Both the position numbers and the translations under genes were made by a program. Positions 19,253 through 26,767 of a stretch of DNA of 64,000 nt are shown here, piece after piece. The DNA is taken from contig CAZSCV010000001.1 in NCBI GenBank assembly GCA_964605525.1, positions 82,424 through 146,423 of the forward strand. Reading direction: 5' to 3'. How positions within the stretch are numbered: position 1 is the stretch's first letter; each line of letters starts with the position of its first letter. A model generated the notes under the pieces. The model ran no database searches, was not told the DNA's origin, and saw nothing but the letters and a program-made list of their open reading frames with translations. This DNA is from an uncultured Bdellovibrionales bacterium (GTDB lineage: Bacteria > Patescibacteriota > Minisyncoccia > Moranbacterales > UBA9337).

Positions 19253-20886
19253 ACACTTTAGCAGACAAACAAATAAAACTGATAGCTACTTATGCTCGTG
19301 TATCTGAAAATCCTGATGAAGAGGAGGGAACTATAAAAAATCAGACAATGACTTTTACTGAACTTGCTGAAAAGAATAATTGGCATATAGTGCAAGAATA
19401 TAAGGATGATGATTGGAGTGGCGACATTTTGGAACGACCTGAGCTTGATAGGCTTCGTCTTGATGCAAAAAACAAAAACAGGATTTGGGAAGCCGTGCTT
19501 ATTTATGACCCTAGCCGTTTGGCTCGCAGATATTCTTATCAAGAACTTGTGACAGACGAGTTGATAGAAGCAGGTGTTGAGGTTATTTTTGCTACAGTTC
19601 CAACTCCAAAAAACGCTGAGGATAAAATTTTACACGGCGTTAGAGGATTGTTTGCCGAATATGAAAGGGCAAAGATAACTGAAAGATTTCGTTTAGGCAA
19701 ACTTCGTAAAGCTAAAGAGGGTCATATCCTTACGACCAAACCCTTATATGGCTATAGTTACATTCCGAAAATTGGAAAGATACATGGTTATTATGAAATA
19801 AATCCGGAGGAAGCAAAAACTGTCAAAATGATATTTTCTTGGGTTGCTAATGATGGAATGACCTTGAGAGGTGTGGTAAAAAAATTGCATCAGCTGAATA
19901 TAAAACCCCGTCAAAGCAAAAGAGATGTGTGGAATACTGGCACATTAAGTACAATGCTTCGGCATAAGGCATACATTGGCGAGGCACACTGGGGCAGTTC
20001 TTATGCGGTTGTGCCTGAAAATCCGCTCAAAAACGAGAAATATAAAAAAGTAAAAAAGACCAGTCGCAGAATGAGACCCGAAGAGGAATGGATAATAATT
20101 CCTGTACCAGCAATCATTGAACCAGAGTTATTTGAAAAAGCTGGCAGACAACTCAAAGAAAATTTTAAATTGTGCAATCGAAATAAAAAGAACGAGTATC
20201 TCGTGGCTGGTAAAATTGAATGTGTATGTGGTAGAAAACGAGCTGGTGAAGGATACTACAATAAACCTAATCGTTATTATCGTTGCGAGGATAGAGTATT
20301 GAATTTCCCTTTACCGAAAAAATGCAAAGAAAGAGGTGTCAACGCCAAAATAGCTGACGAACTTGTTTGGGAAAAAATTTCAGGCCTGATGAGTTCTCCA
20401 GAATTATTAGCCGAGCAGGTCAATCGTTGGTTCAAGAATAAACAAAACAAAACGGAATCAGCCTTAGTTGATGTTGAATCCCTAAAAAAAGAAGTTGGAA
20501 AACTGGGCAAACAGGTTGAACGATATAATAAAGGCTATGGAGCAGGAGTATTTACTCTGGAAGAACTCAAGGAATACACCGACCCCCTACGAAATAGTAT
20601 TGGCCAGTTTCAAACGCAAATTTCAAGTGCCACAAGTGAAAGCAATAAAATGAGCTTAGAAACACCAACCAAACAAGACATGGAAGTATTTGCCGAAAAA
20701 GCCAGAAAGACCCTCCAGAACTTGAGTTTTGCTGTTAAGCGTGCAATAATACTGAATACAGTTGAAAAAATAATTGCTTCAAAAGAACATTTACAGGTAA
20801 ATGGTTATTTACCCCTAAATGTCTCATTATGTTATGAAGATAGGAATTGTGGGGTTGCCGAATGTGGGGAAATCAACCCTTTTTAA
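19249..20886 (+). CDS. Large serine recombinase (integrase)
   Basis: YARVS catalytic Ser, DPSRLAR, PLYGY recombinase domain, C-x-CG..YYRC..C zinc ribbon, coiled coil. Confidence 0.95.
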   Translation: MNTLADKQIKLIATYARVSENPDEEEGTIKNQTMTFTELAEKNNWHIVQEYKDDDWSGDILERPELDRLRLDAKNKNRIWEAVLIYDPSRLARRYSYQELVTDELIEAGVEVIFATVPTPKNAEDKILHGVRGLFAEYERAKITERFRLGKLRKAKEGHILTTKPLYGYSYIPKIGKIHGYYEINPEEAKTVKMIFSWVANDGMTLRGVVKKLHQLNIKPRQSKRDVWNTGTLSTMLRHKAYIGEAHWGSSYAVVPENPLKNEKYKKVKKTSRRMRPEEEWIIIPVPAIIEPELFEKAGRQLKENFKLCNRNKKNEYLVAGKIECVCGRKRAGEGYYNKPNRYYRCEDRVLNFPLPKKCKERGVNAKIADELVWEKISGLMSSPELLAEQVNRWFKNKQNKTESALVDVESLKKEVGKLGKQVERYNKGYGAGVFTLEELKEYTDPLRNSIGQFQTQISSATSESNKMSLETPTKQDMEVFAEKARKTLQNLSFAVKRAIILNTVEKIIASKEHLQVNGYLPLNVSLCYEDRNCGVAECGEINPF

Positions 20887-21889
20887 GGCATTAACGAAAA
20901 ATCCGGTGGATATAAACAACTATCCTTTTTGCACGATCGAGCCGAATATTGGAATCGTCAAGGTTCCGGATGAGCGTCTTTTGAAGTTGTCCGAAATGTC
21001 GCAAACGGAAAAAATAGTGCCGGCGATTGTGGAATTTGTGGATATCGCCGGGATTGTTAAGGGCGCTTCGGAAGGTGAGGGATTGGGGAATAAATTTTTG
21101 GCGAATATCCGTGAAGTGGATGCCATCGCCCAGGTGGTCCGCGTTTTTGAAAACGGAAACATCACACATGTGCACAATAGAATCGATCCCTTGGACGACA
21201 TAGAGGTTATAAACACCGAGCTCATTCTGGCTGATATCGAAACGGTGGTGAAAACTGAGGCGAGAATCGAGAAAGAGGCGAAGGGAAATAAGAAGGGCGC
21301 GGACAAACAGCTTGAAGTCATCAGGCAAATAAAGGTGGCATTGGAAAATGGAAAACTTGCCAATGAAACGGATGGTTTGGACGAATCAATGAAAGATGAA
21401 AATTGCAGGATAATCATCCGTGAAATGTCATTGCTTACCATGAAGCCGTTTTTGTACGTCTATAACGTGGCGGATATCGAGCGGAAATTGCCTGACGAGT
21501 TGGAAAAAAGAAAACATGTGAAGCTGGATGTGAAGATAGAAGAGGAGCTTATCGAGATGAGTACGGAGGAAAAAGATGAAATGGGATTGGTTTCCCATAT
21601 CGATGATTTGGTCGTAGTCGCATATGACCTGCTCGGATTGCAGACGTTTTTGACAACCGGAAAAATTGAAACCCGCGCTTGGACAATCAAGAAAGGCGCC
21701 ACCGCTCCCGAAGCCGGGGCGGCGATTCACACGGATTTTCAAGAAAGGTTTATCCGTGCAGATATCATCAATTGGAAAAAACTTTTGGAAATCGGCTCTT
21801 GGGGAAAAGCCAAGGAACTCGGCGCAGTCAAAACCGTCGGCAAAGACTATATTATGCAAGACGGGGACGTGGTGGAGTTTAAGGTGTAA
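20834..21889 (+). CDS. ychF: Redox-regulated ATPase YchF
   Basis: GIVGLPNVGKST, NYPFCTIEPN, DIAG, TGS domain GKDYIMQDGD. Confidence 0.97.
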   Translation: MKIGIVGLPNVGKSTLFKALTKNPVDINNYPFCTIEPNIGIVKVPDERLLKLSEMSQTEKIVPAIVEFVDIAGIVKGASEGEGLGNKFLANIREVDAIAQVVRVFENGNITHVHNRIDPLDDIEVINTELILADIETVVKTEARIEKEAKGNKKGADKQLEVIRQIKVALENGKLANETDGLDESMKDENCRIIIREMSLLTMKPFLYVYNVADIERKLPDELEKRKHVKLDVKIEEELIEMSTEEKDEMGLVSHIDDLVVVAYDLLGLQTFLTTGKIETRAWTIKKGATAPEAGAAIHTDFQERFIRADIINWKKLLEIGSWGKAKELGAVKTVGKDYIMQDGDVVEFKV

Positions 21890-22000
21890 ACAAACTTTTT
21901 CGGAAAACCTAGTGCGTAAGGCTTGATATAGTAGGAATGGCTTGCATGATTCCAAAAAATATGATAAAATGGAATTACTAATTCCATAATCATAATAAAT

Positions 22001-23149
22001 ATGTATACTAGAATTTACAAGCCGAATAAAGACTTGAATCAAAGTTTTTTCTTGTTTGGTCCGCGTGGAACGGGAAAAACCACGTGGCTGAAGGCTAATT
22101 TTCCCAAAGCGGTTTATTTGGATTTGCTGGAATCTAAATTAAACAGAATATTGATGGCTTCGCCTGAAAAATTGGAAAATTATATTCCAAGTGGCTATTT
22201 TGGTTGGATTATTATTGACGAAGTGCAAAAAATTCCCGCCCTTTTGAATGAAGTCCATCGTTTGATTGAAAGCAAGAAGTATAAGTTCATATTAACCGGA
22301 TCAAGCGCGCGAAGCTTGCGAAAAAAAGGAGTGGATTTGCTGGCGGGGCGGGCGCTGACATATTATTTTCATCCACTAGTCAGAAAAGAGTTGGGAGAAA
22401 AATTTTCACTTTTATATTCATTGAAATATGGACAATTGCCGATGGCATATAATTCTTCAAATCCGGAAAAATTCCTGGATTCATATGTGCAGACTTATTT
22501 GCAAGAAGAAATTTTGCAAGAGGGTTTGACTCGTAATATCGGCAATTTTACCAGATTTTTGGAAATAGCTTCTTTTTCACAAGGACAGGTTTTGAATATT
22601 TCTCAAATTGCCCAGGAAACTCAGTTGGAAAGAAAAACAGTGGAAAATTATTTTGGAATTTTAGAAGATTTGTTGATAGGTTTGCGCCTGCCGGTTTTTA
22701 ACAAGCGCGCAAAAAGGAAGTTGATTGCTCACAGTAAATTCTATTTTTTTGACACTGGAGTGTTTCGATCGCTCCGTCCAACCGGTCCGCTTGATAGCGA
22801 GGCGGAAATTGACGGACCGGCTATTGAAACTCTTTTTTTGCAGGAAATACGGTCACTTAATGATTATTTGGAATTGAATTATGAAATTTTTTATTGGCGC
22901 TCGATAACAGGAGTGGAAGTTGACTTTGTGTTATATGGCGCGAAGGGCTTGTTGGCTTTTGAAATCAAGCGAAAAGCAAATATTAATAACAATGACTTGA
23001 AGGGATTGAAAGCTTTCAAGAAAGATTATCCGGAAGCGAGGTGTTTTTTGTTTTGTTCTACGGATAAGCAGGAATATCGCGGAGATATTACTATAATGCC
23101 GATTGAAAAAGCCTTGGATGATATGGATAAAATCTTGCAGGGAAAGTAA
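22001..23149 (+). CDS. AAA_14 ATPase with DUF4143 domain
   Basis: GPRGTGKT, IDEVQ, LTGSS, KFYFFDTG, EVDF..FEIK. Confidence 0.9.
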   Translation: MYTRIYKPNKDLNQSFFLFGPRGTGKTTWLKANFPKAVYLDLLESKLNRILMASPEKLENYIPSGYFGWIIIDEVQKIPALLNEVHRLIESKKYKFILTGSSARSLRKKGVDLLAGRALTYYFHPLVRKELGEKFSLLYSLKYGQLPMAYNSSNPEKFLDSYVQTYLQEEILQEGLTRNIGNFTRFLEIASFSQGQVLNISQIAQETQLERKTVENYFGILEDLLIGLRLPVFNKRAKRKLIAHSKFYFFDTGVFRSLRPTGPLDSEAEIDGPAIETLFLQEIRSLNDYLELNYEIFYWRSITGVEVDFVLYGAKGLLAFEIKRKANINNNDLKGLKAFKKDYPEARCFLFCSTDKQEYRGDITIMPIEKALDDMDKILQGK

Positions 23150-23335
23150 GAGTAATTAGAAATCAATGTTGGTCCGCTTCTTTGTGATGATAACTTGATA
23201 ATATCAAAAAAACGCTTAAAGTAAGGATTTTGGGATATTTTTTATCTTTTTTGCCGAAAACAAGGCGTTTTTCGGCTTTTTTCATATAGTGCAAGCCTAT
23301 TTTTGGCTTAAAATGGGTATTTTGATGAATTTGTG

Positions 23336-23364
23336 TTGACAAAACTTTGTTGATATGCTATACT
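23336..23364 (+). promoter_or_regulatory. Strong sigma70-type promoter heading the cassette array
   Basis: TTGACA-17bp-TATACT with extended TG. Confidence 0.75.
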
Positions 23365-23764
23365 CCAAAGTCAAATCAAAAAAGTAGGTTGAAAACTGAA
23401 TAGTGTTTATGAACAATGTTTGGAGAGAGGCATTGCAAATAAAATACCTAAAAAGGCATTAAATTGCGTGTTTTTCTCAAAATCAGTGAAAACAGCCAAT
23501 TTAATGCTTTTTTTGTTAATTTAGTGAAAATCGTGAAGAAGAGAGAGACTTTAATTTGTTTCCTATGCCAGTATATATGTATTGTTGGATAATAATTGAT
23601 TTTTGATCCGATTCAATCAATATACCGCTCATCTTCACAATTTTCTCCGAATTATCTAATTTTGGAGAAAAAGAAGCTCTTCGTAATAAACATATTAAAT
23701 TCCTGATTGCCGTGGTGGCGGTTGGGAGAAAAATTAGTCTCGGAAACGAGAAAAGGAGGACGTT

Positions 23765-24154
23765 ATGAGTATGAGTGAGGGAAGGTTTTGGAGTGAATTG
23801 GAGCGGTCTAATGACCGTGAAAAAATGGCTCAAATCGAGCATCACAACAAAATCGTTGCGAAACTGCTTGTTTCGCAAAACCCACACGATCGTTTGTGTG
23901 GAATCGTGGGGGCAGCATTGCCTCCGTTAGGGGAGGATTTTTTCCTAAATCATGAGTTGGGCCCGAGCTATCGGGCAGGACAGATCGTCGAGGCTTATCG
24001 TCTTTCTCCTGGGGAGACAATGATGGTCGGCCGATATGTGGTAACGGCGGGTCGTTTTTGCACTACTGGGCATTTTGCCCACGAGTGCGGAGGATATTTG
24101 TCTATTGCCCCTGAGGCAAAAGACAACCCGCCAAGAATGCATAAAGTTAAGTAG
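23765..24154 (+). CDS. Cassette 1: hypothetical protein
   Basis: AAGGAGG RBS; GC-richer than host; C-x5-H-x-CGG motif. Confidence 0.65.
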   Translation: MSMSEGRFWSELERSNDREKMAQIEHHNKIVAKLLVSQNPHDRLCGIVGAALPPLGEDFFLNHELGPSYRAGQIVEAYRLSPGETMMVGRYVVTAGRFCTTGHFAHECGGYLSIAPEAKDNPPRMHKVK

Positions 24155-24162
24155 TTTTGTTT

Positions 24163-24421
24163 GGCGAAACTCATAAAGTTTCAGTGAGTTTCGCCCTATT
24201 ATTGAAATTTTGATTTGCAATGATTTGAAAATTGAAGTTTCATGGTAGAAAAAAGTTCTTTACAATAAAATATTTCCTATCCAACACTCAGTTTTTTCCG
24301 CCAGTGGGCGAATTGAAGATTGGGTGTTGGATTTGGAAGAAATATATTAAAATCCTGACTGCCATGGTGGCGGTTGGGAAAAATTTTATGCTTTGTCGAG
24401 AGATGGGGCGAGGAGGTATTT
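24163..24421 (+). repeat. Inter-cassette structured repeat R1 (full)
   Basis: Hairpin A, CTATTATTGAAA..TTTCATGGTAG, AAGTTCTTT, TTTCCTATCCAACA..TGTTGGATTTGGAA, CTGCCATGGTGGCGG, RBS hairpin. Confidence 0.9.
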
Positions 24422-24691
24422 ATGAATTTTTTTAAAAAAAGTAAGGCAGAAACTTCTGACGAAAAGTTTGTCCGTCTTCTTCGGGAGGCGGTAGGGAACA
24501 CACAGCTGTGGGTTCCCGGTATCGGGAACGGAGGAATGAAGGGCGTTTTGAACGCCCTGAGTTCTCTGAATGATTCGGAAATCATCCGGATTATTCGAGA
24601 GTCAACCTGCGGAATCGACTGTGCAGGTTGCGAGGACTTCCGACCTATTCCTGGAGGCGGAGGCGATCATTTTTGTTGTCGCGGGATGTAA
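24422..24691 (+). CDS. Cassette 2: small Cys-rich hypothetical protein
   Basis: GAGGAGG RBS; CGIDCAGC..CC. Confidence 0.6.
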   Translation: MNFFKKSKAETSDEKFVRLLREAVGNTQLWVPGIGNGGMKGVLNALSSLNDSEIIRIIRESTCGIDCAGCEDFRPIPGGGGDHFCCRGM

Positions 24692-24707
24692 TTTTTTAAA
24701 TTTAAAT

Positions 24708-24882
24708 GAGTGGCCTAGTTAATCTAGGTGCGTCGCCAGGATCTTAACCCTGACCGAAAGGAGGGGATACAACGGACGTAAGGCCGTTTTCGGCGGCAAA
24801 ATAGGCGGTAAGACCCGAGAAAAATTTCATCGGGCAAAGGATCTGCCTTGAGAAGAAAGTGATTCAGCCGGTCCACTCCGGC
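24708..24882 (+). ncRNA. Candidate structured ncRNA
   Basis: No ORF; closing stem GAGTGG/CCACTC; internal hairpins with GAAA and GTAA tetraloops. Confidence 0.4.
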
Positions 24883-24893
24883 AAAGTTCAAAA

Positions 24894-25127
24894 GGGCAAG
24901 GTCAGTTCAAAACTTGCCCCTTCAATAGAGTTTATAATATTGCAAAATATAAATTCTTAGAAGAAAAAGTTCTTTACAACATTTTCCTATCCAACACTCA
25001 GTTTTTGCCCGCCTCTTTGGCGGATTGAGGATTGAGTGTTGGATTGGGAAAATCCAATATAACCCTGGATTAATTCCGGAAACTCAACTCAACGCCTTAA
25101 ATAAAGAGGCAACGAAAGGAGGCAGTT
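24894..25127 (+). repeat. Inter-cassette repeat R2 (diverged)
   Basis: GGGCAAG..CTTGCCC, long AT hairpin, AAGTTCTTTACAA, TTTCCTATCCAACACTCAG..TTGAGTGTTGGATTGGGAAA. Confidence 0.85.
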
Positions 25128-25595
25128 ATGGCAGAATACATTTTTTCAGCAGACGGTCGTTTTTTTGAGTTGTATCATGTAAAAAAAGAGGTTGCTGAAC
25201 AATCTATTTTCGGTATCCCTTATATTTTTCATGATGAATCCGACAATCGTCGGACCCAGGCAATTAATTGTCCGGGAAATTGGAGAATAAAAGAGCGTAT
25301 GTGCCATAGCGGTGACTACGATGCTGTCGATAAGACAGGGGAGTTGCGTTCTCTGAAAGAGTTCGGTTCGTTTTACAAGACATTCCCTGAACCTCTTCGG
25401 TTCTCTTCTTGGGCTGAGTATGATCATGCCCAGGAAAAAAAGAGAATGGAAAAATTAGAGGAGGAGAATGGGAAACTCCTCCAAAAAATAAAAAAAATGA
25501 CTGAGGCATTAGAAGAGATTGCCTTAATCAATAACAAAGGAGGTCCAGGGTCGCGGAGATTGGTCCGGGAGCTAGTTGATTCTTCCTTAAGATAA
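25128..25595 (+). CDS. Cassette 3: hypothetical coiled-coil protein
   Basis: AAGGAGG RBS; C-terminal heptad pattern. Confidence 0.65.
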   Translation: MAEYIFSADGRFFELYHVKKEVAEQSIFGIPYIFHDESDNRRTQAINCPGNWRIKERMCHSGDYDAVDKTGELRSLKEFGSFYKTFPEPLRFSSWAEYDHAQEKKRMEKLEEENGKLLQKIKKMTEALEEIALINNKGGPGSRRLVRELVDSSLR

Positions 25596-25897
25596 ATTCT
25601 CACCTCCGCACAGGTGATACAAAGTTAGCTCTTTATTCGAAAAGTTCAAAGTTCAAGCGATGCGGCGCTTGAACTCTATTATTGAAACCTTGATTTCTAA
25701 TGATTTGAAAATCGAAGTTTCATTGTAGGAAAAGTTCTTTACAATAAAACATTTCCTATCCAACGCTTAGTTTTTCCCGCCAGCGGGCGGATTGAAGATT
25801 GAGTGTTGGATTGGGAGATGTCAATAAAGCTCAGTTGCCGTGGTGGTGGTCGAGAGAAAATTTATGCCTTGTTGAGAGATGAGGCGGGGAGATTAAA
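25596..25897 (+). repeat. Inter-cassette repeat R3 (full)
   Basis: Same module order as R1; 5' part shared with R6/R7 (CACCTCCGCAC.GGTGATACAAA). Confidence 0.9.
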
Positions 25898-26005
25898 ATG
25901 AACGTAAAAGATTATGAAAAAAGTCTCGAGAAAAATGCAGTAACATTTTCATTTTTCGAGTTAGCCACCCTCCTTGGAGAGTCTGGCTATACAAAGTTTC
26001 AGTGA
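25898..26005 (+). pseudogene. Cassette 4: 35-aa ORF running into the next repeat, probably truncated
   Basis: GGGGAG RBS; stop lies inside the repeat-derived AAAGTTTCAGTGAG. Confidence 0.4.
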
Positions 26006-26075
26006 GTCCTCCTACCTATTATTAAGATGTTAATTTTGTAAAAAATTGAAATCTTATAGTAGAGGTTCTTTGAGA
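25990..26075 (+). repeat. Inter-cassette repeat R4 (short)
   Basis: CAAAGTTTCAGTGAG, CTATTATTAAGAT..ATCTTATAGTAG, GGTTCTTT. Confidence 0.75.
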
Positions 26076-26201
26076 AAAAAATAATTTGTTAATGTTGTGG
26101 TTTGTTTGATCAGGAAAGTAAATCGGCTAATTTTTCGGGGGTGGTCTCGGGAAATAGTCAAAATTAAAAAAGCTCCACTACAAAAGGAGCGAGGAGGAAC
26201 A

Positions 26202-26498
26202 ATGTTAAAAATCGACCTGAGTTTGAAAAATGCACCCCTGTATCATGGTTGCGAAATCGGCGAGGTCGGAGGGCGCGACACTCTCCTGACCGAACCCGTC
26301 GAGGCCAGCAATATCGTCGGGCGCAACGCCATAGCGATGATTGAGGCTACTCCCGCCGACCAGCGAGATGTGGTCGAGCTCACTGGCCCGATGGCCGTGT
26401 GGGCATACCTGGTGGTTTTCCACCAGGTCGTCCACAAATTCCGCCAGGTCGTCTATGACGACGGGCGAGGCGGGCGGGTAATAGTGGCTCAGCACTAA
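26202..26498 (+). CDS. Cassette 5: Csx3/Crn3-like small protein
   Basis: VELTGPMAVWAYL..H..H..VVYDDGRGG.VIVAQH resembles the Csx3 pattern SGRxPxWLY..H..H..YDPRLG.VVV.SH; very GC-rich. Confidence 0.55.
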   Translation: MLKIDLSLKNAPLYHGCEIGEVGGRDTLLTEPVEASNIVGRNAIAMIEATPADQRDVVELTGPMAVWAYLVVFHQVVHKFRQVVYDDGRGGRVIVAQH

Positions 26499-26554
26499 CG
26501 AGTCACAAAGGTTTCTGGAGGGATGCCTAACAACAAAATCCTTCCACTGTTCAC

Positions 26555-26645
26555 GGCGAAGCTCACAAAGTTTCAGTGAGTTTCGCCCTATTATTGAAAT
26601 CTTAAGCGAAAGTTTGAGGTTTTATAGTGGAAGTTCTTTAAAAGA
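26555..26645 (+). repeat. Inter-cassette repeat R5 (short)
   Basis: GGCGAAGCTCACAAAGTTTCAGTGAGTTTCGCC nearly identical to R1, then CTATTATTGAAA hairpin and AAGTTCTTT. Confidence 0.85.
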
Positions 26646-26767
26646 AATGAAATATAAAAATGAGTGCCCTTGCTCTTAATGGCTGGTGTAAAAACTAGCA
26701 AGTGCCGATGGCGCGCGAGCAGACAAGGGTTTTCGAGAAATCGGAAAGCTTGCTCGTGGAGAAGATA

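Larger units (their letters stand above)
12643..20835. mobile_element. Integrated serine-recombinase element (phage-satellite-like) at the 5' end of ychF
   Basis: Large serine recombinase overlapping the ychF start, HTH excisionase, terS-like gene; the left boundary is inferred from TA(T) core symmetry. Confidence 0.75.

Noticed and set aside
12643-20886. Complete prophage
   Set aside because: No large terminase, portal, capsid, tail or lysis genes; only ~8 kb
24708-24882. Hammerhead ribozyme or c-di-GMP riboswitch
   Set aside because: CTGA and GAAA are present, but the CUGANGA core and GEMM-I consensus arrangement are not
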